Part shown: positions 49,912 through 59,305 of the stretch, piece after piece
Layout: every line of letters starts with the position of its first letter
Position numbering within the stretch: position 1 is the stretch's first letter
NCBI GenBank assembly: GCA_031385045.1
Contig: JANNBC010000024.1
Location: 270,150 to 334,149, forward strand
Source of the DNA: a bacterium
GTDB lineage: Bacteria; Bdellovibrionota_C; UBA2361; CALJRW01
Direction: 5' to 3'
Length of the DNA: 64,000 nucleotides
The notes under the pieces: model-generated
What the model was told of the DNA's origin: nothing
Seen by the model: only the letters and a program-made list of their open reading frames with translations
The model's database searches: none
Position numbers and translations under genes: made by a program

Positions 49912-50079
49912 ATAGAGAGTCCAAAAAAGAATTTCCGTTAAGGAAATTATTTTTTGGACTCGGGCTTTTCAAATCCTGGCTAAAGCCAGGTTTGAATGCC
50001 TAAAAACAACAAATATAGTAAAACCAACATGAATTTCCGAAAAAGTTTTTCGGAAATTCATTCTTGGGTTTACTATATT
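49912..50079 (-). repeat. 168-bp composite palindromic element, copy 2 (inverted)
   Basis: About 95% identical to the reverse complement of 36181-36348. Confidence 0.9.
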
Positions 50080-50101
50080 AATTAATATTTTAAGGATTTA
50101 A

Positions 50102-50293
50102 ATGGAATTTAAAGAGAAAGATCGCGTAAAGAGCCTACGCTCTAAAGGTAGCCTAGGTACGGTTGTACAGGTAAGAAAGGAAGCAATTACTAACAGTGCT
50201 TCAAAAAAAGCTATCCCGGAATTAATTAAAGTTCAGTGGGACAATGGGACAAGATCATATTTTGATCCATCAAGCTTAGAAAAAGTTAGCTAG
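50102..50293 (+). CDS. Small SH3-like/KOW-type beta-barrel hypothetical protein
   Basis: FKEKDRV.......GTVV.V ... VQWDNG....F....LEKV; SD TAAGGA upstream and hairpin downstream. Confidence 0.75.
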   Translation: MEFKEKDRVKSLRSKGSLGTVVQVRKEAITNSASKKAIPELIKVQWDNGTRSYFDPSSLEKVS

Positions 50294-50301
50294 TCAAAAA
50301 C

Positions 50302-50329
50302 AATGTGAGTGTAATCTAGCACTCACATT
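50302..50329. terminator. Hairpin between convergent genes
   Basis: AATGTGAGTG/CACTCACATT; U-tract on the minus strand. Confidence 0.65.
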
Positions 50330-50337
50330 AGCTAAGA

Positions 50338-51021
50338 TTAATTTTGAATGACAACCTCAACTCGACGATTTTTCGTTCGACCAGAATTAGTAGTATTACT
50401 GTCGATGGGGTGAGACTCGCCATAACCTTTCACAGAAAGTCGACTTCTAGAAACACCCTGCGCAACCATTTCATCTGCTACAGAATAAGCTCGGTCCTCT
50501 GATAAACGAGTATTGTAAGTCATTGTCCCGACAGAATCAGTATGACCTTCAACTAAGACATTGCGGTCTGGATACTGTCTAACAACATCAGTAATCTCTC
50601 TAATCTTACTCATCGAATCAGATCTTAAACTATGACTATTAAAATCAAATAAAACATCAGGAAGATTTACCAAGATTCCTCGTTCGGTCTGACGAACATC
50701 TAAGCCACCTCGCTTTAACTCCTCAATCATTCGCTGATTTTCTTGAATAATCTGATCTTGAGTAGAGAGTCGCTGATCGATACTATCAAGTTGAGCATCT
50801 TGCTGATCCATAGAATTACCAACGAGTCCTCCGCTAATCGCCCCCAAACCAGCTCCGATTGCAACACCAGCTCCGGCAGAACCTGTCTTATGCCCGATGA
50901 TTGCTCCTAACCCTGCACCCAAAAGACCGCCAGTAGCAGCGCCCTTATCTCGACTATTCATTTCATAGCCACTACAAGAAGTTAGTACTAAAATTAAAAC
51001 TAAAGGAAAATATTTTTGCAT
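50338..51021 (-). CDS. Glycine-zipper + OmpA C-terminal domain lipoprotein
   Basis: Lipobox LTSC, Gly zipper, VLFDF, EGHTD, LSEDRA and NRRVE. Confidence 0.92.
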   Translation of the reverse strand: MQKYFPLVLILVLTSCSGYEMNSRDKGAATGGLLGAGLGAIIGHKTGSAGAGVAIGAGLGAISGGLVGNSMDQQDAQLDSIDQRLSTQDQIIQENQRMIEELKRGGLDVRQTERGILVNLPDVLFDFNSHSLRSDSMSKIREITDVVRQYPDRNVLVEGHTDSVGTMTYNTRLSEDRAYSVADEMVAQGVSRSRLSVKGYGESHPIDSNTTNSGRTKNRRVEVVIQN

Positions 51022-51069
51022 GGTGATTTTAATTAAGATTAATATTTACAAACTAGTAAACGTAACAAA

Positions 51070-51948
51070 CTACAACTTATTCATTAAATCTTTCACTTCT
51101 TGATTTCCAGGCTCTCGTTTTAAAGCTTCTTGAAATTCATGTCGCGCATCATCTTTGCGATCTAATTCTAAGTAAACTTTTCCTAGGCCAGCATGCACGG
51201 AGACATCTTCTGGACAAAGTCGCTGAGCACGACGGAAATGATATAATTTTTCGGCAGTAATTTGAGCTTGCCCGGCCGAAGTAATCTCTTTTTTTGCTTC
51301 CTGACATTCAGGAGAAGTAGTGGTAGATGTTTCTTCCTGGTTCCAATTATAAGCAGCCCGACTATCCATCTCTTGGATTGGTTGCACAGCAGGTAATTCT
51401 TGTGGAGCAGGAGGAGTTAAATCCTTGGCAATTACTGGAGCTACCTCTTCAGTAACAAACTGATCTACTGGCTCGGAAGGTTCGGCCGGTGGTGAAGAGT
51501 GGAAGCTAGAATCTGTGATTTTGGATGCTGCCAGATGATTAACTGTTGGTGTTGTAGGAAAAGATGCTTTCAAATCTCGCTCAGCAACCATTGGAACAAC
51601 TTGTCGTTGTCCGCTAAAAGCAACCTGATCTTGAGTAGAACGACGCAATTGATCAACTTCATTCCGATGCATTTGCAGTTGTCGCTGTTGTTGCTGAATT
51701 GTCTCTGCTTGAGTATCAATCACATCGTCTTTTTCCTGAAAACGATGGCCAATCATCGCGCCAACTCCAGCACCAGTAATTGAGCCGAGCGCCAAACCAC
51801 CAACAGCACTACCAGCTTGACTACCAAGTGCGGCGCCAACACCACCTCCTACTACTGCACCAGCTAAAGCGCCTCGGTCAGCATCATTTGGTTCATAGCT
51901 AGAACAGCCCACACATAATACTAATATTAACGATATGATTAACTTCAT
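51070..51948 (-). CDS. Glycine-zipper lipoprotein with Pro-rich linker and C-terminal TPR
   Basis: VGC lipobox, Gly zipper, Gln-rich coil, HAGLGKVYLEL....DARHEFQEAL...P TPR pattern. Confidence 0.8.
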   Translation of the reverse strand: MKLIISLILVLCVGCSSYEPNDADRGALAGAVVGGGVGAALGSQAGSAVGGLALGSITGAGVGAMIGHRFQEKDDVIDTQAETIQQQQRQLQMHRNEVDQLRRSTQDQVAFSGQRQVVPMVAERDLKASFPTTPTVNHLAASKITDSSFHSSPPAEPSEPVDQFVTEEVAPVIAKDLTPPAPQELPAVQPIQEMDSRAAYNWNQEETSTTTSPECQEAKKEITSAGQAQITAEKLYHFRRAQRLCPEDVSVHAGLGKVYLELDRKDDARHEFQEALKREPGNQEVKDLMNKL

Positions 51949-51955
51949 AATTTAC

Positions 51956-52207
51956 CTATTGATTTTTAAATCTCTCTGCTCGACGATTGTAATACTCCTG
52001 CTTTTTTAATTCCAGGTGCTCGCTCTCTTGTTTAAGCTTTTGCTTTTCCTGCATGTGAATTATCTCTTGTTGCATTTCAAGTTTTTGTTCATGATCATAT
52101 TTTTCAATATCAGGAACTAATGGTTGGTTATTTTCAGGGTTAACTGGGATGGCATTACAGGCAGAGAACAAACAACAAAGCAAACAAACTTGGATCAATC
52201 TTTTCAT
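51956..52207 (-). CDS. Small coiled-coil lipoprotein (ATG at 52207)
   Basis: MKRLIQVCLLCCLFSAC lipoprotein signal; Gln/Glu/Lys-rich coil. Confidence 0.7.
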   Translation of the reverse strand: MKRLIQVCLLCCLFSACNAIPVNPENNQPLVPDIEKYDHEQKLEMQQEIIHMQEKQKLKQESEHLELKKQEYYNRRAERFKNQ

Positions 52208-52299
52208 ATTAGGCGAAACTTTGGCAAAAGAACTTGGCTTCCTCACGCTACTGGCAAGGTAACAGCAGGGTAGATTGTAACATCGTTTGAATGAAAGCA

Positions 52300-52324
52300 A
52301 AATATACTAAAACCCAGTATATTT
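52300..52324. repeat. Minimal remnant of the TIR family
   Basis: AAATATACT-AAAACCC-AGTATATTT; ATATACTAAAACCCA is identical to 7430 and 63860. Confidence 0.6.
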
Positions 52325-52352
52325 GTGTAACTAAGCCCTCAGAAATTTAGAA

Positions 52353-53045
52353 CTATAAGGGCTTTGCTAAATTAGCTCTAGTTACTGGCAATCCAGTTTC
52401 ATTCAAAAAATACTCTAAGCGCTCTAGATAGGCCTCAATTAAAGCAATGGAACGTGGCAAACGCTTAGCTAAGTAGTCCTGATTAGTCTCACTTAGTCTC
52501 AGCCCACGCTGCTTAGCTAAATTAAAAATCATCAAATTAAGATCTTTGTCCTGCAATGCATCTAAAGTAAAAATCTGCATATTAGCTAAACGACTTGTTA
52601 AGTGATCAATTAGGTCATAATTTTTAAAATGTTGATCAGCTAAAATTATCAACTTTGCTGAGTTCCGCTTAAGAGATTCATAAAGATCAATAAACTTACT
52701 AATGAGATCATCTGAAGCCAGGTTCGAATCTAAAAAAATCTTTTGAAAGTCATCAATTATCAAAAGATCCTGCGAGGTATAATCAGCCTTAGGAATAAAC
52801 TTCTGGAAATCATCGCCAGAAATATGAGTTGGATAGTAGTTTTTTTCTACAAATAATTGATTAAGTACAATTGACAGATGAGTCTTGCCTGAGCGAGCTG
52901 AGCCATATAGATAGGTAGCACTAAAATTGGTACTACTCACTTCATGTTTAAAATAAGTTTGAATTCGACTAAGACCTAGATGCCAATAAAAATTATCTGC
53001 TTGATAAGTGATTACCTTACGTAACTTAAGCGGAATTTGGTTCAT
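52353..53045 (-). CDS. hda: DnaA regulatory inactivator Hda-like protein
   Basis: N-terminal QIPL.L clamp-binding-like motif, YLYG...SGKTHL, LIIDD, L.SRL and RGL.L......YL..R..RS. Confidence 0.8.
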   Translation of the reverse strand: MNQIPLKLRKVITYQADNFYWHLGLSRIQTYFKHEVSSTNFSATYLYGSARSGKTHLSIVLNQLFVEKNYYPTHISGDDFQKFIPKADYTSQDLLIIDDFQKIFLDSNLASDDLISKFIDLYESLKRNSAKLIILADQHFKNYDLIDHLTSRLANMQIFTLDALQDKDLNLMIFNLAKQRGLRLSETNQDYLAKRLPRSIALIEAYLERLEYFLNETGLPVTRANLAKPL

Positions 53046-53051
53046 TATTAA

Positions 53052-54344
53052 TTAACAACCCACATAGGATTCCAAACTTTGCGCCTCTTGATCAAGGCTA
53101 ACCTGACAATCCAAAGATAATAATTTTTCTAATAGCTTGCTATACCCTCTCATTAGATGTTCCGCATCTTGAATCACAGTCTGGCCTTCCGCAACTAAAC
53201 CAGCAATTAAAATAGCAGCAGCAGCTCGAATATCATGGCCTTTAACTGAAGCAGCAACCAAATGTGGGACTCCCGTAATTTTTGCAACTGGGCCCTCAAC
53301 AGTGATCCTTGCCCCCATTTTATTTAATTCTGCTACATGAGCAAATCGGGATTCGTAAATTTTTTCAGAAATAACACTCTGGCCTTCGGCGATAGAAAGA
53401 CAAGCCATTAGCTGTGCTTGAATATCTGTTGCTAATCCTGGGAAAGGAGCAGTCTCAACGCTTACAGGCAGAATTTTTTGAGGGGCTTTAACTACCATAG
53501 AATGATTATTACAAGTATAATTCACACCCATTGCTGTTAAGATATCTAAAAACTTTCCTAGATGCTTGGGATCAAATCCATTAATTAATAACTCACCCTT
53601 AGTTGCAACTGTTGCTAGAATGTAAGTAGCAGCTTCAATCCGATCGCCAATTAATTTTGTTTCAGCATGATGTAAAACTTTCTTACCAATGACCTCAATC
53701 CGATCAGTGCCAGCACCTGTAATTTGAGCTCCCATTGAATTAAGTAAATTCGCTAAGGCAACAACCTCGGGCTCACGAGCAACATTTGTAAAAACACTTT
53801 TACCGGGAGTTAGGGCCGAAGCTAAAAGCAACTGATGAGTTGCACCAACTGAAGGGAATGCTAAATTAAAATTTGTAGGTTGCAATCCTTGGACTGGTGC
53901 TTCGGCAATAACTACAGAATTTTCTAAGCTAATCTTAGCCCCCATCGAAGCTAGCCCTTCCAGATGAATATCCACTGGTCGCTTACCAATGATATCACCG
54001 CCTGGTAAAAAAACTTTTGCTTTTCCAAAACGAGCTAGTAAAGGAGCCAAAATCCAAAAAGAGGCCCTAAATGATTTAATCAGCGCTACAGGTGGCTCAC
54101 AGTTAGTGATTAATGGTGTTGAGATCTTCATTGAATCGCCCTGGCGTTCCACATAGCATCCAATACTCTCTAATAAACTTTGTGAAAGAATAACATCAGA
54201 TATTTCGGGAACATTTGTATACGTGACTGATTCACCTGTCAGTACAGAGGCCATCAACATTGGCAATACTGCATTCTTTGCACCACCAACCGTGACTTCC
54301 CCAGATAAACGATGGGGGCCTTGAATATACATCTTTTGTGACAT
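53052..54344 (-). CDS. murA: UDP-GlcNAc 1-carboxyvinyltransferase (Asp variant)
   Basis: GAKNA, RAS, PGGDIIGKRPVD.H, SVGAT, AREPE, DRIEAAT, PG.ATD.Q and DIRA motifs. Confidence 0.96.
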   Translation of the reverse strand: MSQKMYIQGPHRLSGEVTVGGAKNAVLPMLMASVLTGESVTYTNVPEISDVILSQSLLESIGCYVERQGDSMKISTPLITNCEPPVALIKSFRASFWILAPLLARFGKAKVFLPGGDIIGKRPVDIHLEGLASMGAKISLENSVVIAEAPVQGLQPTNFNLAFPSVGATHQLLLASALTPGKSVFTNVAREPEVVALANLLNSMGAQITGAGTDRIEVIGKKVLHHAETKLIGDRIEAATYILATVATKGELLINGFDPKHLGKFLDILTAMGVNYTCNNHSMVVKAPQKILPVSVETAPFPGLATDIQAQLMACLSIAEGQSVISEKIYESRFAHVAELNKMGARITVEGPVAKITGVPHLVAASVKGHDIRAAAAILIAGLVAEGQTVIQDAEHLMRGYSKLLEKLLSLDCQVSLDQEAQSLESYVGC

Positions 54345-54484
54345 GTGGGGGTTATGAGTGAATAAACAAATACGTGTGGCGGAATTTACCCGGGACAGTT
54401 ACATTATATAGCGTGAATTTGATCTTTGATCAAAGAGGAATCTGCATTTTTGCCTTTTAAATTAAATCAGTTAAAGTCTTAATC

Positions 54485-55471
54485 ATGCCTAAATTAAACC
54501 TTAAAGCCATCCTTGGAATCCTAGTCAGCCTGGCTCTAATAATTTGGTTAGTCTTTGCAATAAACTGGCAAGAGGTCTGGGGACACCTACAAAAAATTCA
54601 CTATTGGCTTCTGATCCCCTACACTTTGGTGATTTTATTTCAATTTGTATTACGCGCCTGGCGTTGGCAGTTTTTAGTCCCAGATCGAACAAGCATGAGC
54701 TTTAAGTTAAGCCTTGATGGCTTAATTATTGGCAATTTCATTAACTACATTTTACCACTTCGTGCTGGGGAAATCGCTCGCCCTTTTTTTCTAAGTAGAT
54801 TTAGCAAAAATTCCTTTCCAGCTAATTTTGCTGCCGTCATTATTGAACGGTTTTTTGATCTGAGCTTAGTCTTAATCTTATTTTACATTTCAATTAGTGG
54901 ACTTACCCAAATTCCTTCTTGGGTTACTCAAGGGGCCAGTGTTTTACTGCTACTAGCATCTGGAATTCTAATTTTTATTATTACAGCTTGTATTTCTAGA
55001 AAATATACCCAAAAAATTATTAGCCTTACCTGTAAGGTCTTACCAAGTTTTGCCATAAAACCTGTTAATAGCTTATTAAATGGAATTCTTGAAGGCACCA
55101 CTGTTATCAAATCAAAAAAGAATCTACTGATAGTAATCCTACTTTCAATCTTAATTTGGCTTGAGACAATCTTTGGGTACTATGCACTATTACTAATTTT
55201 TGAAATCCCAGCTAGTTTTACTGATGCCATAGTTATTACTGTAGTTATTGCCTTAGCCGTTGCTGCACCCAGCGCCCCAGGATTTATTGGAGTTCTACAG
55301 ACAGGCTGTATCGTTGGCTTTGCACTTGTGGGACTTGATAAAGATTTGGCAACCGCTTTCTCTTTAATCAGTCATTTTCACATGTATTTGTTGATTATTG
55401 TTTATGGTATGATTGTTTTATATCAATACGGACTAAACATAAAAGATCTACAACAAAGCAAAAATGACTGA
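54485..55471 (+). CDS. Lysylphosphatidylglycerol-synthase-TM (flippase-like) membrane protein
   Basis: RAWRW, N.ILPLRAGE..R, ERFFD and PSAPGFIG motifs. Confidence 0.85.
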   Translation: MPKLNLKAILGILVSLALIIWLVFAINWQEVWGHLQKIHYWLLIPYTLVILFQFVLRAWRWQFLVPDRTSMSFKLSLDGLIIGNFINYILPLRAGEIARPFFLSRFSKNSFPANFAAVIIERFFDLSLVLILFYISISGLTQIPSWVTQGASVLLLLASGILIFIITACISRKYTQKIISLTCKVLPSFAIKPVNSLLNGILEGTTVIKSKKNLLIVILLSILIWLETIFGYYALLLIFEIPASFTDAIVITVVIALAVAAPSAPGFIGVLQTGCIVGFALVGLDKDLATAFSLISHFHMYLLIIVYGMIVLYQYGLNIKDLQQSKND

Positions 55472-56612
55472 AGCCTATATCATTGATACTGTTCGCACTC
55501 CACGTGCTAGACGCAAAGGAAAATTTTCTGGTATTCATGCCGTTGATCTTTTAACTCTCCCCTTAATTGAGCTTGTAAAACGTAACGGCCTTGACCCAGC
55601 AAATATTGAGGATGTAGCCATCGGATGTGTAACTCAAGTGCAAGAACAAGCTTGGTGTATTGCACGCTCTGCAATCCTTGCTTCTGGTTGGCCGGTAAGC
55701 ATTCCCGGTGTAACAATTAATCGTCTTTGTGGATCTGGTCAGCAAGCTTGTAATTTCTTAGCTGAAAATTTAAAGACCACTAATTACAATCTGGCAATTG
55801 CTGGAGGTGTTGAGCATATGACTCGAGTGCCCATGTTTAGTGATTGTGGTGGAGAAGCTAGTCCAGCACTTAAGGCTCATCATCCTAATCTTACTGACCA
55901 AGGCCTATCGGCCGAGAAGCTGGCGGACTTTTTTAAAATTAACCGCGAAGATATCAATGCTTTCGCTCTACACTCCCAACAACGAGCAGCAATTGCCAAA
56001 AATGAAAATCGCTTTAAAAAAAGTATTCTTCCAGTAAACTACTTAGATTCTGACGGTAACGTCCAAACTCTAAGCCAAGATGATAATCCTCGACCCGAGA
56101 CGACATTAGAAACTTTACATAACCTAAAACCAGCTTTTTTAGCAGATGGTAAACTAACAGCAGGTAACTCTTCAGCTATTGTTGACGGCGCTGGAACATT
56201 ACTCTTAGCGAATGATTCTAGTATCAAAAAATATCATCTGAAGCCACGTGCCAGAATAGTTGCCTCTGCTGTCGTTGGGTCGGATCCAATAATCATGCTA
56301 TCAGGTCCAATCCCAGCATCACAAGCAGTCTTAAAAAAAGCAAATCTTAAAATCTCCGATATTGACCTCTGGGAAGTTAATGAAGCCTTTGCCCCAGTTG
56401 TAATTGCAACCTATCGTGAGCTAGGAATTAATCCGGAACTTGTTAATGTTAACGGCGGAGCTATTGCTTTAGGCCACCCACTTGGAGCAACTGGTGCAAT
56501 GCTAATTGGAACTGCCCTGGATGAATTAGAAAGACAGTCAAAAAAATATGCTTTAGTCACAATGTGTATTGGCTTAGGGATGGGAATTGCCACAATTATT
56601 GAAAGAGTTTGA
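55464..56612 (+). CDS. Thiolase (acetyl-CoA acyltransferase)
   Basis: NRLCGSG, EVNEAFA, GAIALGHPLGATG and MCIGLGMG motifs. Confidence 0.95.
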   Translation: MTEAYIIDTVRTPRARRKGKFSGIHAVDLLTLPLIELVKRNGLDPANIEDVAIGCVTQVQEQAWCIARSAILASGWPVSIPGVTINRLCGSGQQACNFLAENLKTTNYNLAIAGGVEHMTRVPMFSDCGGEASPALKAHHPNLTDQGLSAEKLADFFKINREDINAFALHSQQRAAIAKNENRFKKSILPVNYLDSDGNVQTLSQDDNPRPETTLETLHNLKPAFLADGKLTAGNSSAIVDGAGTLLLANDSSIKKYHLKPRARIVASAVVGSDPIIMLSGPIPASQAVLKKANLKISDIDLWEVNEAFAPVVIATYRELGINPELVNVNGGAIALGHPLGATGAMLIGTALDELERQSKKYALVTMCIGLGMGIATIIERV

Positions 56613-57448
56613 TGACAATTATTAACGGTCTTTCAATCGATTTAGAAGAGTACTTCCATGCTGAAAATGTTAAGGCTTATTTTTCTACTAACTCACCGTC
56701 AAGGGTTCAAGAATCAACAATAAAAATTTTAAATTTATTAGAATCAAAAAATATTAAGGCAACCTTCTTTATTTTAGGACAAGTAGCCGAAAGTCATCCA
56801 GGACTAATTAAGACAATTGCCGCCAGTAACCATGAGATTGCTTCTCATGGATTTAATCACCAACTAGTTTACCAACAATCTCCCAATGAATTCCTAGAAG
56901 ACATCAGCCACAGTAAAAAACTCTTAGAAGATTTAACAAGTAAAAAAGTTATTGGCTATCGAGCTCCTAGTTTCTCAATCACTGAAAAAGTACCTTGGGC
57001 CTTAGGCTTAATCGCGGAAGCAGGATATCAGTATGACTCCAGCATCTATCCTATTTATCATCCGCGCTATGCGAATCTAGGGAAACCACGTTTCCCTTAT
57101 AAGCATAAAGATTTGAATTTACTAGAAGTGCCTCTTGCGACTACACAAATTAACTTCAGTCAGAAACAATTTAATTTACCGATTGCGGGCGGAGCCTATT
57201 GGCGACTTCTGCCAATCAGTTATGCTAAGTGGGGACTCGCTCGACTAAATGAAAAAGAGAAACGAAGCGCCTTTACCTATTTTCATCCTTGGGAATTAGA
57301 TCCTCAGCAACCACCAGCAATTGGTTTAAAATACCTAACGAAAGTTCGACATTATGGCGGACAGAATAATTTTTTAAAAAAGCTGGAGATACTAACTACG
57401 CAATTTAAATTTGATACTTACTCCTCACTCATACAGAGCTTACTCTAG
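56612..57448 (+). CDS. Polysaccharide deacetylase (DUF3473-type)
   Basis: DLEEYFH, ATFFILG, HEIASHG, GYRAPSFSI, YDSS and YFHPWELD motifs. Confidence 0.9.
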   Translation: MTIINGLSIDLEEYFHAENVKAYFSTNSPSRVQESTIKILNLLESKNIKATFFILGQVAESHPGLIKTIAASNHEIASHGFNHQLVYQQSPNEFLEDISHSKKLLEDLTSKKVIGYRAPSFSITEKVPWALGLIAEAGYQYDSSIYPIYHPRYANLGKPRFPYKHKDLNLLEVPLATTQINFSQKQFNLPIAGGAYWRLLPISYAKWGLARLNEKEKRSAFTYFHPWELDPQQPPAIGLKYLTKVRHYGGQNNFLKKLEILTTQFKFDTYSSLIQSLL

Positions 57449-57451
57449 CCA

Positions 57452-59173
57452 TTAGTTGCTACGAAATACTCCACTACCTTGGTTAGCATAAAGCGGTGTC
57501 TGAAATTGTTGCTGTCCCCAATAATTATCTCCCGCTGGCTGGTAAATATAATCCGGACAAAGACTGAGGTTGCAAGAACTACTTGGGAGCCGCTTCTGCA
57601 TAGATTCACGCGCCTGATAATCTACCCCATGACTCCATAGCGTTCCTAAAAATCCCAGATAAAGTTTGCGGCCAGTTAAAGTTATTGTCGAGTTGTGCAG
57701 AGGATTTGCCGCAACGATTGCTTTAACGGGAATTAATTCACGCAAGGCCTGACTTTCTACCAATTGGGACTCAGTGTAAGGTGTAGAATAATTAGCATGA
57801 AAAGTAAGGTAGCCTAAGCGAACAACACCAGGGATTATTAATAAGATTAGACAATAATTTAATTTGCTGGAGTGCTTAATATAAGACTGCCAACAAAGTA
57901 AAATAAATAAATAAATCGGAATAAAGATTTTTATCTGATCGTAATTCCAAAAAGATAGTTTAACAAAATTACCAAAAAGAAATGAGAAAACAATAAATAG
58001 AATTAAGCTTCGAGATTCTACTTTCCAAATTAAAATGATAAAAATCAAAATAATATTCCAGGTATTTTGAAGCCAAAAGCTAGCTTGCTCTAATATCCAA
58101 GGACTATTTTGGGAAGTGACACTAATCCAACCCCAAGTAAGACTTACGGCACTAGTCTTTTCACTTAAATAGATTAAAAAAACTAGAGACGAACATAAGA
58201 TTAAAATGACTTCAAAATTATTCTTTAAAAACAAAAGCCTCTCCGACCTTTGAAAAATCATTAATAAAAAAAGTAAACAACTTGCCGCAAAGGCAATCAT
58301 CCAACAATGCGTATGAATCAAGGGCATCAGTGCTACTACTAGTGCGCCAAAGACTAACAGTTGCTGATTAATAAACTTCTTTTTGTACATATTAAGCCAA
58401 GTGCTTAAAGTAGCAATCAAACAAACTGCTCCAAATAAAGTAGACCGCTGAGGAACCCAAATTGTCTCTAAAAAACTAGTCCAAGGTAATCCCTGTTCAA
58501 TCAATTTACTTGAAGCAACTGTAAACTGACCATAAACACCTCCCCCTAAAAGAACTAACCAAGGGAATATTTTATGCTTACCACCACGTAAAAATCCATA
58601 AAGTAGGGTAGTTAAGAAGCACCATTGATAAAGAAAAATATACTCTAAAGACCGCCATTCTGGACTAATCCACCAAAAGGATGCAGTCCAAAAATTAATC
58701 ATGAAAGGATAAGTTAAGCGAGTTCCAGCATAAAGATGATATTCAGGAGGAAAGTTGTCTCCAAAAACAAATGAAGTAATCATTCCAAAATGATAGGCTA
58801 GATCACCATAATTACTAATCCAATAGGTACGAATTCCATGGTCAAGATCAAAAAGTGAAATTCCAATAATTAAATTAAAGATTGCATAATAAAGAAAGGA
58901 ATTTTTAAAACTTACCTTCCAAGTAATTACCTTCCAAAATTTAACGGCTAAGTAGATACCAGGAATTACCCAAACTATAAGAGTAGCAATTAGCCAACTA
59001 ACTCCTAAATTTTTCAATGCTAAGAGGATAAAATTATTGAGTAACAAACCAATTAGAATTGGAAATCTAGCAGGCAATTTATGTCGACTGCGAATCCAGG
59101 CAAGATTAAGAACGGAACTACCAAAGGCCCAGCAATAGAAAGGATAAATTATTAAAGCAAGCAATAGAAACAT
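57452..59173 (-). CDS. Polytopic membrane protein, possibly a GT-C glycosyltransferase
   Basis: More than 12 TM helices; YGDLAYH...SF...NFPP.....G..L.YPF loop; C-terminal GRK.YLG..G.LWSHG. Confidence 0.65.
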   Translation of the reverse strand: MFLLLALIIYPFYCWAFGSSVLNLAWIRSRHKLPARFPILIGLLLNNFILLALKNLGVSWLIATLIVWVIPGIYLAVKFWKVITWKVSFKNSFLYYAIFNLIIGISLFDLDHGIRTYWISNYGDLAYHFGMITSFVFGDNFPPEYHLYAGTRLTYPFMINFWTASFWWISPEWRSLEYIFLYQWCFLTTLLYGFLRGGKHKIFPWLVLLGGGVYGQFTVASSKLIEQGLPWTSFLETIWVPQRSTLFGAVCLIATLSTWLNMYKKKFINQQLLVFGALVVALMPLIHTHCWMIAFAASCLLFLLMIFQRSERLLFLKNNFEVILILCSSLVFLIYLSEKTSAVSLTWGWISVTSQNSPWILEQASFWLQNTWNIILIFIILIWKVESRSLILFIVFSFLFGNFVKLSFWNYDQIKIFIPIYLFILLCWQSYIKHSSKLNYCLILLIIPGVVRLGYLTFHANYSTPYTESQLVESQALRELIPVKAIVAANPLHNSTITLTGRKLYLGFLGTLWSHGVDYQARESMQKRLPSSSCNLSLCPDYIYQPAGDNYWGQQQFQTPLYANQGSGVFRSN

Positions 59174-59251
59174 ATCGAGGGCTACTATATCACAGGAATA
59201 TGCTCTTTAACGACCTCTAAAGTAAGCAAATCTTCAAGCTAAAAATCTGCT

Positions 59252-59278
59252 TAAGCTTTTAAGCTAACTAGTCGAATA
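59252..59278 (+). promoter_or_regulatory. Possible sigma28-type promoter
   Basis: TAAG-N15-GTCGAATA, ending 28 nt before the ATG. Confidence 0.4.
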
Positions 59279-59305
59279 CTAACAACCAGGAACTTTTTTA
59301 AAGAA

